Program-made: the position numbers and the translations under genes | Notes under the pieces: generated by a model | The model's database searches: none | Seen by the model: the letters and a program-made list of their open reading frames with translations, nothing else | What the model was told of the DNA's origin: nothing | In this document: positions 14,401 to 27,300 of the stretch, one piece after another | Layout of the letters: every line of letters starts with the position of its first letter | Position numbering within the stretch: position 1 is the first letter of the stretch | Assembly: GCA_051362555.1 (NCBI GenBank) | Contig: CM120641.1 | Coordinates: forward strand, 17,670,001 to 17,734,000 | From: Lingula anatina | Taxonomy: Eukaryota; Animalia; Brachiopoda | DNA: 64,000 nt | Direction of reading: 5' to 3'

Positions 14401-17400
14401 TAAATATATTGTAAATATAACTGACCAGCACATTCTTTAAAAAAAGTCCACCCTCCCCCATCTCAGCTAAATGTCTGAATATAAAAAAATACTGTTTTTC
14501 ACTTTTCTCCATTTTTCTAGCTCCATTTCAATTAAAACTTGCATGTTTTGCCTTTTTTCTTTTGAAGTCAAGTTTGAATATGTATTAATGTATTCATATT
14601 TATTATATAGGCTGAGTTGGTTGCCAGTCCAGCAGATAGTCATATTTCTTATCTTCCTCTGGCCCACATGTTTGAAAGAAACATGCAGGTAAATTATATT
14701 ACCTTTGTTGAAGTATAGTTTAATTCCCTATGTTAATAAAGGACCGGAAAATTTGTTAAGCAAAGAGAAATAACCTTGATGTAGAATCAAGTTGTTTAAA
14801 ATAGATCAGTATCAGAACTTAATTAAAACTGGTCTCCCTTCTAGGCTCTATCTTTTCAATCAGGAGTGCGGGTAGGTTTTTACCAGGGTGATGTGAAGTT
14901 GCTTATGGATGACATGCAAGCTCTCCAACCCACATTATTTCCAGTTGTTCCTCGTTTGCTGAACAGGCTGTATGACAAGGTATATCTTACTAGTAATTTT
15001 TACCTTTACACAAAAAACAAAACAAAAAAATTTATGAGTAATATTGGATTTTGCTATCAAAAAAAAGGTAAATTTTGTGTCTATGAATCTTATTTAGTGA
15101 GCAGAAAAGCAGCCTTAAGGATATTGTCACCCTTCACCCAAAACTCCTTATTTACTGCCTTACATACATTCTTTTGGGTAATAAATAAATCTTCAGTCTT
15201 TGGTGACTAAACATTTACACATATGTAATCTTACAGGCGACATCATAATTGTGATTTGGGGGTAAAAACTGAAAAATCGGTTCCTCAAATTTTTCTTTTA
15301 CCTCAGCACCCATGACCACCATTTTAATGCTGATTTAACATAGATGAAATTGTCTGTAAAGCTCAGCAATGACTTTACTTTCTACAGCGATTGAGGTCAT
15401 TCTATGTTAACCAAGAACTGCTGGCAAAATTATAGCGGGCACTGATTGAGAGTGTACTAACACAATCTTTCACCATCTGGTACGGTAGTGCTACAGCAGA
15501 GGACAAGAATCGCTTCAATCGTGTAGTAAAAACTGCCAGGCACATTGTAGGTAGGGACTTGCCATCAATTGAATGTTTGTATACGAGATGGGTGCTCAAG
15601 GAATTGAAGTCAATCATGGGTAACCCTGGTCACCCAGGGAATAGCCTACTTATGCAAAAGTTATCGAGCCGACTACGGTCATTAAAAGCAACCTCCACGC
15701 ACACTAAAATAGTTTTTATCCATTAGCAGTACATATTTTTAATGAACAAAATGTATTTTAATTATTCCCATTGTATTACATTTTATCAACAGATCATACC
15801 AATTTTCATTTTATACTTGTATAAATATGACAATAAATTATTATTATTATTATTATTATTATTTAATGAAACCATTTAGTGTGCCAAAACCCTCCCAGCA
15901 ATTTTTCTTGAAAGTCTTAGTTCAGATTTTATTGATAAGCAAAATAATACCTTTGTTTAATGAAAATCTGTAATTAGAGGGGTATAACTCCATAACAAAA
16001 ACATTTATACCAAAATGACAGCATGGGATTGTAGCCTATACACTACTGGTCAACTCTCAATTTTCGTAATTAAATCTCGGAATGAAGTTATGTCCCACAC
16101 CTATTGCTATCTCACCTTAAAATAGAATAGTGTTAAATTGACGTTTAAAGCTTTGAATTGCCTATGCTTTTACATTGCAATGAAAAAATGTAAATGCTGA
16201 TATTTTATATTTTTGAGGGGTTTTTTTCATTGTTTTAAATCAGCATAAAGATAGATGCATTATTGAATAATTAGATGTAGAAAAAAACTCATTTTCGGTA
16301 CCTGGATGAAAATAAAGGGTAACAATATCCTTAAGTATCTAAGAATCTGCATCAATTGCGAAATTATATTAAGATATCTCAAATCAAACCATACTTTGCC
16401 TAGTGGGCCCATCCTTAAACATTGAGGTTTTGCCTGAAATCAAAGTTGGCCTTGGATTTTTTCTCAAGAAATAGATGAAGGATTATGTTTTCAAAGATCA
16501 AAATTTCAACTTTCACAATTAGATTTTCTGTGATAAGACATTAAGGGTGGATTGTTGTACTTTAGGTCTAGTTATAGTAGAGTGACTTCTCGATCCTTTA
16601 TCAGATTTTAGCTGGAGCATCAGAAAGCTGGATTAAACAATACTTGGTGTCTAAGGCTTTGGAAAGTAAGAGCGCAGAAGTAAAAAGGTAAATATCAGGT
16701 ACCAAAACAATCGCACCAGGTAACAACATCTCAACCCACCAAGGTAGAAAAATTTGTTTCGTATCTCTGTAAGTTGAAAGTTGCACCAATTACATGTAAT
16801 ATATTAGTGCATTCAGAATAAGTTGATCCCCAGATTAACAGAACTCCGACTAAATAGATTATATATGGCCCAGTCACTTAAAAGCCATGCTGCTAATTCC
16901 CTGATGGTCTCCCCGCCTCCACACGTGCCATATTAAATGGATTGAATATTGGCTCCAAGGTTGAATTGCTAGGTCCCTGCAAGGATGGCAGGTGTAGAGA
17001 CGGGGAGACCATCAGGAAATGAGGGGCACTGCTTTTAAGTGGAGCCGGACATATTTAGTTGGTGGATCAGTTAATTCACGGATCATTTGTTTTAAATGCA
17101 CTGTATGATTGACTAGGATCATTTACCTGCTACTGGTTCAAATAAAAACTGTGATGGCTGATGGCAAGGAACAAACAGACACCACCATATAATCAACTGT
17201 CACTGTTCTTTGTCTTTGTTATCATGATTGTTATCAATGAAAAATAATTGGAACATATATTTTCATAATCTGGTTTATATTTAGTACTACCTGTATGACA
17301 TTTTTCGTCCTCAGTTTATATACTTATCAAATCCTTATCTATTTTTTCACATTTCAGGGGCATTATTAGAAAGGATAGCATATGGGATACACTAGTTTTC

Positions 17401-18509
17401 AGAAAGGTTCAAGATTTGCTGGGTGGTAATGTCCGTTTTGTAGTAACTGGGTCAGCTCCGCTTGCACAGAATGTTATCAACTTTGCTCGATGTGCTTTTG
17501 GATGTCCAGTGAGTTCAGCTTGAGTTCATTGTGTAACTTCCTTGGAGTTAGCCGTTATCACTGTAATATTTTAATTATATATCGCAGTTGATTTTTTGTG
17601 CCTGTTGACTTCTCTCCTAGCAAACTTGAGAAATAAACATGTCATTTGGATTGGTTTTATTATATTATGGAAAGTGATAATTTTTACTTGAACCATACTG
17701 AGTACCCTTAAAACTGAAAACCATTTCCACGGCAATGAATATATTGTATTCTGCTTTGTATTGCCTCTATTTTAATGTTTCCTGTCAGTTATATGAGGCT
17801 TATGGTCAGACTGAAGCTACAGCTGGAGTTACAGTGACTATTCCAAGAGCTCCAGTTTTAGGCAAGTACATTTATTCCTTCTTTCTTATTATAATTGTTA
17901 TGGAATTCTACTTGTACTCTCTCATATGGAAATCTGAGTAAATTGGAGATGTGTGAGAGTGAGACAGATGGCAGCTTACAAAAGATTGCTGAAATCAGTT
18001 GGGTAAGTGGTATTATAAAGTTCTTTGTAAAAAATTCTGGTTTGTTTGTGGTTTTTACAGATAAGGACAGTTGTATAATAAGGGCTATATGCCATTTTTC
18101 TGAAGATATAGGTATTGATCATCAATAATGTAAATTATGAGATGTAAATTAAAACTGTTATTGTATTTCTGAAAATACAGCACATAAAGTTTTCAATTGA
18201 AAACTGCAGAAAGTTGTAATGTTGAGCATTATGGTCAGCATCTGGTCATCTATCTCCAGGTATTAATGTGGGGCCACCAATTCCCTGTAACATTGTCAAG
18301 TTGATAGATGTGCCAGATATGGGATACTTTTCCAAAGATGGAAAAGGAGAGGTACTTGTAGACTTAATAACAGTATACATTTATTAAGCTTGCTGAAATA
18401 GTTTTTTATGTACAGACACAGATGTATCTGTACATATAGCCATCATCTTTATCTGTATGACAAAAGATAAAGATGATGGCTATATGTACAGATACATCCG
18501 TGTAAGTTG

Positions 18510-18542
<33 letters not shown>

Positions 18543-21032
18543 GTCTTCAGATTCAATTCTTAGGCATGTTAACAGTCTCAATATTGAATATTTAGCTTTG
18601 TTAAGTGTTCATTTAACATTATCTGCATCTAAGCAATTATGTTAGTTAATTATTTATAATAAAATGATAGTAAATCTGTTACTGCATATTGTATTATATT
18701 GTCTGAGATGTTTAAAAGGATTTGTTAAACTGATAAAGATTTTAGTATTGTTTTCAGACAATTTCCATGGTATTCAAGTTTATTTGCCACATATTAAGGA
18801 TTACCTGTTGACGATAAATACTTTAAATATAAGACTCCTCCTTATGATTCTGTATTTGTGCACAATCTGTTAGACATTAACATTCCTACTTAAGAAGGGT
18901 AATTACACTGTCAAACCAAATTTTTTAGATTAAGTATGTGTGTTTTCTCTTAATTGATCATTAAACTATTTTCATATTGTACAAAATCCCTTCATATTTC
19001 AGGTATGTGTGAAGGGATCTAACCTGATGATGGGATATTTCAAGGAGCCAGAAAAGACCAAAGAAGCTATTGATGAAGATGGCTGGTTACATACAGGGGA
19101 CATTGGGGAATGGACACTAGTAGGATGTTTTTTATGTGTCATATATTTATCACATTAGAGTATTATGGAAAATGCAAATGTTACATTTAACTTTTCTGTA
19201 TAAAGAGCTGTGTACTTTACCATATATGTTCACATATATGTAGTATTTCTCAGTTATTATATAAGCATTGATTGAATACATTCAATGACTTGTTTTTAGA
19301 ATAACACATTTAATGTAAATTTAATTTTTGATTGACATATTTTCTTTCTAGAATGGAGCTTTAAGGATCATAGACAGAAAGAAACACATCTTTAAGCTGG
19401 CTCAGGGAGAATACATTGCACCAGAGAAGATTGAGAATATTTATGTCCGCAGCCCTCTGGTGGCACAAATGTTTGTTGATGGAAACAGTCTTCAGGTGAG
19501 TATTTAGAGGTTTTACTCTGCCCTCTTCAGTGACTGTGTACAGATGTGAAATATAAAACCATATGAATTTACTTTGCAAGATTCAAGTTGAATGATTAGC
19601 CTTCCAGACTGTTGAATATATGCTCTGCTGTAAAATGTATTTTGTAAAAGTAATCAATATTTTTCCAGTCCTGTATAGTTGGCATAGCTGTTCCAGATCC
19701 AGAGGTCTTGCCTGCTTGGATCAAGAAACAAAATATCACAGGGTCCACAATGGAGGAATGGTGCAAGAATGATGTGAGCATTTATTGAAAAAGTTAATAT
19801 TGATAAAGTCTGTTGCACATGGGTGCTTAATTTTGGCTTACTAAAATATTCTTATGTGGCAATTGCTTTAAGGAGAAAGCCATTGTGTGCAGATGATTGA
19901 TTTTTGTCTTTTTAAGCACTTCATGGGTTATGTATGATATTTTTGCAGTGCATAGAGAAAGCTTTCCCATGTGTGCTAAGAGAAAACTTTTTCCAAGAAG
20001 AGCATAAATAACAATATGAAATGCATAGTCAGCAGCACTTCAAAGGGTAAAAATCATTTATGAGTCACACCACACTTCAGAGCTTTCTCCTTCATGAAAG
20101 TGCAATTCAACTGACTTTTTGGTGTGCAGCAGGCTTAAGTTTGTAAGCTCATGCATGAAGTCCATTGTGTAGAAAAGAATATATGGATGTATGGGTGCTC
20201 TTCTCTCTATGCCCCATCCTCCTTTAAGGACAGTTAAATATTATTGGCTGTCAAGTATTCCATATGAAACTAATGTTATCTATCCTACACAGCTAGTACC
20301 AGTATTATTATTCCCTGTAAAGAGATTATTTATTAGCATTCAAATGTAACACTTTTTAAAATAAAAATGCAATTTGACATTATATGATTACTGACATAAT
20401 TGTTTTTAAGGTCCTGAAAGATGCCATTTTGAATGACATTTTGGAATGTGGAAAGAAGGCAGGTCTTCACTCCTTTGAACAGGTATTTATTTCCTCCCAC
20501 AATTTTTATCTGCTCATAATATTGAACTGGGGCATTTTATCAAATTTCTTTTGCTCCATTTTGATATACTACACTACACATAATTGGCAAGGAATTCATG
20601 TTTTAATGTCAATATTAAGTTAACGGTAATGTCCTTTAAGTTAACGGTAACTGTTCATGAAATAGAACTTTTATTACTTGAAGTTTATCAAAACTAATTT
20701 GATTCCTTACAATTATGACAAATGACCATCACTTTGATGTACAGACATCAAAATGCCGGATTATATTGTTAAACATTGGTTGAGGGGGTTAAGTAAAATA
20801 ACTAGTGCAATTATTTTCTCAGAATGACAGAAGTTCGTGTATTTGTTCATTTTGCTGAAGACTTTGTTGATTTATGATTTGAATTTTTTTTCAGGTGAAG
20901 GATATCTTCCTTTATCCTGAGTTGTTTTCAGTGGAGAATGATCTGCTAACACCCACATTCAAAGCCAAGAGGCCACTACTCCGCAAACATTTTGCTAAAC
21001 AAATTGAAGAAATGTATGAAAAATTGTCTTAA
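4610..21032 (+). CDS. ACSL1: Long-chain-fatty-acid--CoA ligase, ACSL1/5/6 group (19 coding exons; about 711 aa from ATG 4610 or 665 aa from ATG 4748)
   Basis: Exons 4610(4748)-4852, 5211-5319, 6908-7077, 7488-7587, 12450-12622, 12809-12841, 14078-14129, 14317-14384, 14611-14688, 14845-14979, 16605-16687, 17358-17508, 17789-17861 (GC donor), 18260-18351, 19003-19119, 19352-19495, 19669-19773, 20411-20482 and 20895-21032 join in frame. Motifs: AMP-binding [13 protein letters not shown], gate [48 protein letters not shown] and [10 protein letters not shown]. The symbol is indicative; the gene is probably co-orthologous to vertebrate ACSL1/5/6. Confidence 0.95.
5771..6111. mobile_element. Kolobok-like MITE, family K1, copy 1
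   Basis: Terminal inverted repeats (TIRs) AGGGATAATAACT...AGTTATTATTCCT followed by TTAA; homologous to 47307-47638 and 52467-52800. Confidence 0.75.
8131..10140. mobile_element. Helentron/HINE-like non-autonomous element carrying two arrays of a ~161-bp satellite (ACSL intron 4)
   Basis: T-rich head with hairpin ATGTACAGACAC-AGAT-GTGTCTGTACAT, then a (GTC/GCC) microsatellite. ACCGATAACACGATAAGTGGAAAA units start at 8222, 8384, 8545 and 8706, with a second array of about 4 units at about 9415-10068. Confidence 0.75.
10595..10985. repeat. Diverged copy of the internal segment (about 9020-9405) of the Helentron-like element; a further copy lies at about 18545-18700
   Basis: Shared CAGATT(C/T)AATT(G/C)TTAGGCATGTTAACAGTCTCA and downstream sequence. 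Confidence 0.75.
12867..13493. mobile_element. PIF/Harbinger (Tourist-like) MITE, copy 1
   Basis: About 210-bp inverted arms GATCGCATTCACAAC...GTTGTGAATGCGATC flanked by TTA on both sides (TWA TSD). Confidence 0.85.
13605..14022. mobile_element. Tc1/mariner-type MITE remnant
   Basis: TACTGAAACAAAATAGAAATGCAT...ATGCATTTATATTTTGGTTCAGTA flanked by TA; the TIR resembles that of the Tc1 element at 49573. Confidence 0.6.
15119..16330. mobile_element. Kolobok-like MITE, family K2, copy 1, interrupted by a LINE insertion
   Basis: TTAA|GGATATTGTCACCCTT...AAGGGTAACAATATCC|TTAA; an uninterrupted homologue lies at 55212-55915. Confidence 0.8.
15339..15865 (+). mobile_element. 5'-truncated LINE 3' end (Rex1/Babar- or CR1-like), degenerate
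   Basis: Peptide [13 protein letters not shown]...[38 protein letters not shown], then AATAAA and an (ATT)n tail; absent from the K2 copy at 55212. Confidence 0.75.
16807..17102. mobile_element. Old, diverged Harbinger-like MITE related to 12867-13493
   Basis: Imperfect inverted arms AGTGCATTCAGAATAAG...TTAAATGCACT and internal inverted CTGATGGTCTCCCCG/CGGGGAGACCATCAG. Confidence 0.6.
18404..18700. mobile_element. Second, truncated Helentron-like head with a perfect 34-bp fold-back and (GT)n
   Basis: Same TTTTTATGTACAGACACAGATG head as 8131; 18421-18454 is the exact reverse complement of 18465-18498. Confidence 0.75.
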
Positions 21033-23135
21033 GGTGTAATTGACATACAATTTAATTTTTGCTTTTCAAATGGGAATCATATGCGGTAGCCCAAACTCTC
21101 CTGACTTGGCATAAAATCAAGAGGGATTGCTTGGATATAGTCTCAGATACCGATATAGTCTTGTATGCAAATACACAGCACTGAAAGTCTCACTTATGGC
21201 TGTCTCTGATGATCCCCATTCTAACATACCTCTTCCATCCCTATTGCTCTTCAAAAACTTTGTACCATGGCCTGGAGTTTTAGATACTTAGATGAACTTG
21301 ATAACTACATTGATTCAGAAGGGAAATTTCATCTACTTGGGCCTCACACCTGTTCATAAACTAAATGCACAAGAGCAGAAAGACTGCCCTCTTGTTTGCA
21401 GTGTGTTTTCAACTAGTCATCTATGTTTGCAAAGATCAACACTTGTGGTTAATTCATGTGGCCCAATTTCTGAAGATTTCAGTAAAAATCTATGCATTTT
21501 TGACTGACTGGTTGTTAGATTCATTTTTCAAATTCCTTGTAAACTAGCAGATATATGCAGTATACATGTAATGGTAACCTTTTGTGCGTTATCTTATATA
21601 CTTTTGGATTGTGTACTTTATTACATAACAAGATAGATTATAGATTCATTTTTATGCCAAAGCATTATTTTATGTACAACATTATTAAGTTTTGATATAG
21701 TAATATTAGATCTATGTTTCTTAGAATTTATATGTAAAGTTTCAGAAACATTCCTTAAATCTGACTTGTCAGAACTTTTGATAGCCTTTTTTTGGTTATT
21801 GATAACACAACATTATATAGGGAAAGATGGTTATTTATTTAGTGCAGGGGTGTTTTAATGTACCATTAACAATTGCCATAGTAGTTGCGTTTTCATGAAA
21901 TATTGTACCATGGTCAAATAAACGTTCATAATTATGCATATTAATGTAAAGCAGGTAATGCAATTAAATTTATCAAGATGTGGGAGATGCAGTTTCCTTT
22001 AACAAATTTACCTTATAATTAATGAAAATAATCATATGTAATTTGGAAGTAAAAGTTAGATAATGCATGTTCTATAAAAGAGTGCTTTAAGTAATTGAAA
22101 CATTATAATAATATCTACTGAGTACATAAAAATATTGGTATCTAAGATATGAGATCGATACTTTAGGGCTACTTGAACTTGCTGGTTTATTCATTAAAAT
22201 GTATGGGTGCTTAAAGGACAAAGTCGATCTTTGCATATCTAAGAGGGTCCCATTGGGTATTTTCATTACCCATGAAAGCTACTTTCTTTAGCATGATTTG
22301 TGAAACGCCCCATTCCCATGACTCTTGCATGCAGCTTTTTACTCTCCAACCTTTGTGAAACAAAGTCATTATACCCAGTGATCCATGATTTTCAGGATTT
22401 TTGAAACACATTATCAGTGAAATATGAATTAAGTATTATTTACTGTGATTTATGAATTGATGATCTTATTTCCTGGGAATTGTAATTTCTACTCCCCCCA
22501 AAGGGACCCTCGTCTAACAGTCCAGCTTGGTTTTGGAACATAATTTCTGACTGTGCCTTAGAGTATTCAAGTGTTAATAAAATACATCCAGTTAAAACTT
22601 TTCTGTACTGTACTACATAGTATTTAATTTTTCTTCCCTTTGCACCTCAAAGTTTAAAACTAACCTCTACCAGAGAGGCAGATATTATAGGCAGATTTTC
22701 CAGAAGTCACCCTGTAACTTTTGGCCAGATGGAAGCAATTAAATCTGCATGGGCAGATGGCATTATACCGTTCTGTAGGGAGCTACTACAGGATATTCCT
22801 CAGTTAACTTCAATCTGAAGTAACAAGCTATTCAGAAGGGGCTATTTTTATCTGTCATAAAAGAGCAAGTGATTAAAATTGGGGCAATTAACTGTTTTGA
22901 TTGCTGTCAAGGGGACTTGGCTTGGGCCTGTTGTGGCAGTGCCTGAGCAGTTATGCAAACATTTAACAACCATGTAATCATCCTTGGGATTTCATTACAG
23001 GGTGACAGAGAACCAAATGACCATCTATTTATCTAAAGACATATATCTGTGACTATCTTGTGAAAAATCTATCTGTTGCCCTGGTAGAGGCTAGTTTAAA
23101 ACCATACATATATGTAGTTTATATTTGATATTTTG

Positions 23136-23141
23136 AATAAA
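23136..23141 (+). terminator. Likely poly(A) signal of ACSL (3' UTR about 2.1 kb)
   Basis: AATAAA followed by T/GT-rich sequence; alternative sites exist upstream. Confidence 0.45.
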
Positions 23142-24169
23142 AGATAATATATCATTTTCTTTTATCATTACTTGTGTTTTCATAAAGAGTGTAAATTCTA
23201 TCAACATTTTTGTGAATTCTATCAAATGTTGAAGTTATTATATAGTATACAAAATGCCATGCCTAGTCCACCACTAACACTTTTATTATGAGAGGACACT
23301 GGAACCCCTCCCCCCTCCCTCTATGCTCAGCATTCCTCCACCATTTGCAGATATTAAGTCGAGGAGACATTAATGGTTTCTACAATCCAATGTTCATTGA
23401 AACTCTGGGTGGCCATTGATTGCTTTCCATTTAGCTGCCTAAAACATCTGGTTGACCCTATTCTTTTAAAGCCCCCTATTTTAGACATGATTTGAAGTAA
23501 ATGTGAAGGTGTTACAATTTTACTTGATTAATTTTATGCTAAGCCTACTAGAATGTGCCATATTTATAAGCAATAGCAAATAGACTTCTTATGCCATCTC
23601 TAGGGAATAAGGTTAAAATGTTAATTCATCTCATACCCGAGGTGTGCAAACCCCCTTGATATCTCTAAGTGCGAAAAAAAAGAAAGAAAGAAAGAAAAAG
23701 AAAATACATCATTGGCATTGAGAAGTATAGGGACTATTCAAAATCAATTTTTGCCCTAAATCAGCATCTGAATTTTTTAATGAAGACAATTTTAATTCTG
23801 TAAAATTAATGCTAGGAATCAAATTATTTTATCTACAAACAATTTGACTCTGTGTAACATAAATTATATATGTTATTTCCTTATGCAACATTTATTGGTG
23901 AAAGTATTCTGTTGAAATAAAATAATTGAGGTAATATTCTTTTTCATTATTAATGAAAAAGAATATAACCTCAATTATTTTAAAAATGAAACAATTAAGC
24001 TGATTGTAACATATGTAACGTTACGTTTTATGAACATATTTTGTGCATTAACGGTGATTAACTTATTTATTGTTACGTGTTATTATCATAAGTAGACCTA
24101 TGATTATTATTAATCTGTTTATTATATTTTAAGGGTGGTAGGGTGTGACTGTTTTAAAATTACCAACTC

Positions 24170-24361
24170 TACTGCTCACTGTGAGCGCACCACAGAAAAA
24201 AACGCAATCAAGAAGTGACGACAGGATGTGCCACTGCATTGCGTCGTCTCAACCAGCGGCAGAGTCGCCATCTTGGAATTTGTGCCCCTCGCGTGGTCAT
24301 TTGTCTGTTTTAATTTCGTATTTTATATCTATTTTACTTCGTATATAACCACATACAAACG
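24170..24361 (+). promoter_or_regulatory. ZNF207 promoter/5' UTR with a YY1-like motif
   Basis: CpG-containing stretch with CGCCATCTTG (YY1 consensus) at about 24266-24275, just upstream of the ATG. Confidence 0.5.
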
Positions 24362-27300
24362 ATGGGAAGAAAGAAGAAGAAGCAGACGAAGCCATGGTGT
24401 TGGTATCCTTTTATGAAAAGTCACAATTAACTTGATAAAGGTTGAAAGTTTGTACGGGCATTGTCTTGGTTGCGACGAGGCACATTGTTTTCATTTATGA
24501 TAACACAAATATATTGAAAGTGTGGGAAATGCAGCCAACAGAACGGTTGCTTTTTGTCACGGTGAGTACTTTTGGGTCAGAGTTTTGTATAATTTACCAC
24601 CGATCGACGTCATAAATATTCACTTCCGCACAGTCTCAAAAGTAGTTACATCCACGCTCGGCTGTCACCTTGATTGGATAGTAAACGATTGTCGTAAAAT
24701 CGCTAAATGATATTAAAACCGGGTGCATAAACTTGAAAACCACCTACAACAACCTTGGACTACCACATTAATCCAATACAATGCAAACATAAACTATAAC
24801 AAGTGGTTAAAGCCTTCAAACCGAATGTCGTAAAGTCCCCATATACCTCCATAGAGACAATAAAATAGAAGAAGCTTGTGAAACAAGAAAAATCCAGTTC
24901 CAACATAATAATCGAAATAAAATACTGCCGGGCATCGGAGCGGCCTAAAACTTGGCACGCTTACCGCTAATACTGCAGGCTACATCATCCCGTCGCTCGT
25001 TTGTAAATTCCGTGCATGGCATACGCACAATCAAACCGTAAAAAACAAATTCTCGGGGTGTCGTTGGCTAGGTCCACTCAATAATCCAATTCAGGATATG
25101 ACGTAACCGCAGAGGTCGCATTGTCCAATGGCATGGCTTCTTTTTCGTAATGGTAGGTTAGAGTGGACCTGGCCAACGACACCCTGAGAATTTGTTTTTT
25201 ACGGTTTGATTGTGCGTATGCCATGCACGGAATTTACAAACGAGCGACGGGATGATGTAGCCTGCAGTATTAGCGGTAAGCGTGCCAAGTTTTAGGCCGC
25301 TCCGATGCCCGGCAGTATTTTATTTCGATTATTATGTTGGAACTGGATTTTTCTTGTTTCACAAGCTTCTTCTATTTTATTGTCTCTATGGAGGTATATG
25401 GGGACTTTACGACATTCGGTTTGAAGGCTTTAACCACTTGTTATAGTTTATGTTTGCATTGTATTGGATTAATGTGGTAGTCCAAGGTTGTTGTAGGTGG
25501 TTTTCAAGTTTATGCACCCGGTTTTAATATCATTTAGCGATTTTACGACAATCGTTTACTATCCAATCAAGGTGACAGCCGAGCGTGGTTACATCCTGTT
25601 GTTGCGACAGTACGACGAGTGAAGCTTATTATACGTTTAAAACCTCCCCCGTCTCTTTATATTTTCTGAAGAGATCATTTGATAATGCCCATACCAGCAA
25701 AATAGTTTACTTGTTAATCATTGTAATATTTATCAGATAACTCTTACTCGCTGCCTCATCCTCAATTGGACTACTGCCAACAACTGGACACCGAAAATAA
25801 TAAGACAAGTGACTTCACATTAAAAAGAAATAATTAACTTGAAGACTTAGATGTGGACACTGATGACAATATTTACGGGATGTATACAGTTGTTTTTTTA
25901 TCGATAATACAACAAATTGCAGTCAATCTGTTCAACCATCAGTAACTTTCTGTTATTTACAAATGTACCTGGCCCCCATTTCACAAAGAATCCATAGTTG
26001 ACTAGCTCAAGCTGAGTAACCTAGCTAGGTTGACTGCGCTGCAGTCGACTAGTCACTGGAGTGTAGTGTATAGAATATTGCAGTACATGTTTATGATCCT
26101 TAATACCCACCTCAGGTATTGTAATAGGGAGTTTGATGATGAGAAAATCCTGATACAGCACCAAAAAGCAAAGCACTTCAAATGTCATATATGTCACAAA
26201 AAGCTATATACAGGCCCTGGGCTATCTATACACTGTATGCAGGTAGGAACCTTTTCTTTTTTAAAACAAGTCGTGCTGTTTTAGTTTCAGCCAAGCAAAT
26301 ATATTTCATGAAATCATTGACAGTATGTCAAATTGGAGAAAAATAGTCACAGCTGTTTCAACCCATAGGATTCTTAACCAAAGTAGAACATCTGAACATG
26401 TTTTTGAGAAGTTGCATACTATCTTGAACCATGTATCTTGTCCTAAAGCTGTTCATGCAAAGAAATTAAAATGTTCACCTCTGCAGTTATTTAATATTCA
26501 GCATTTCTCCTTTTTCCCTTCTAGGTACATAAGGAAAAAGTAGACAAGGTTCCTAATGCCCTACCTCATCGAAGCAATATAGACATAGAGATATATGGTA
26601 TGGAAGGTATACCTCCACAAGACTTAGAGGAACATGAGAAGCAGAGAGCTGGGAAATCAGGTATCATCTCTAAAGATCTAATTTGCAAGATTAGTTCATG
26701 AAAATATATAGTCATCTTAAATGTTTCAAATTGACCAAAGTAAAAATTAAGTAGAAAGTTATTTTGACCAAATTAAGAAATGTAAAGATATGTTAACTTG
26801 ACTGTTTGATACTGCCTGAAGTTATTTTATCGCCTTTCAGACGAACCTCCAAGTAAGAGAGCACGTTCTGATGATGAAGATTCACAAGATGCCACCAGTA
26901 ATAATCAAATGAACCCTAATGGACCTATGCCCCCTATGATGCCAGGTATGCCAGGCCCTGGCATGCCCCCCATGGGACCTATGGGAGGGCCAATGGGACC
27001 AGGGATGCCGCCCATGGGACCAATGGGCCCTGGGTTTATGCCAGGTTTTATGGGTCCTATGGGAGGACCTGGTATGCCTCCAATGCCTCCCATGGGTCCT
27101 ATGGGGCCCATGATGGGTGGACCTCGAGGACCTATGCCTCCGATGCATGGCATGCCTCCACAACAGAGACCCCAGCAACCTCCCCCAACTTCTACATCAA
27201 CCTTACAGAGTTTGCCTTCCAAGCCATTGTTTCCTGCTGCTGCAGCAGTTACACAGGTAAATCAAAGGGTAACCATAGTATCCAAATTCCAAGTGTCAGT

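Noticed and set aside
22660-23095. Inverted CCTCTACCAG/CTGGTAGAGG pair in the ACSL 3' UTR
   Set aside because: Too short and degenerate; probably an old MITE, not supportable as a functional structure.
26882-27222. Minus-strand ORFs rich in His/Arg or Gly/Pro/Ile
   Set aside because: Antisense shadows of the ZNF207 GPM low-complexity exon.
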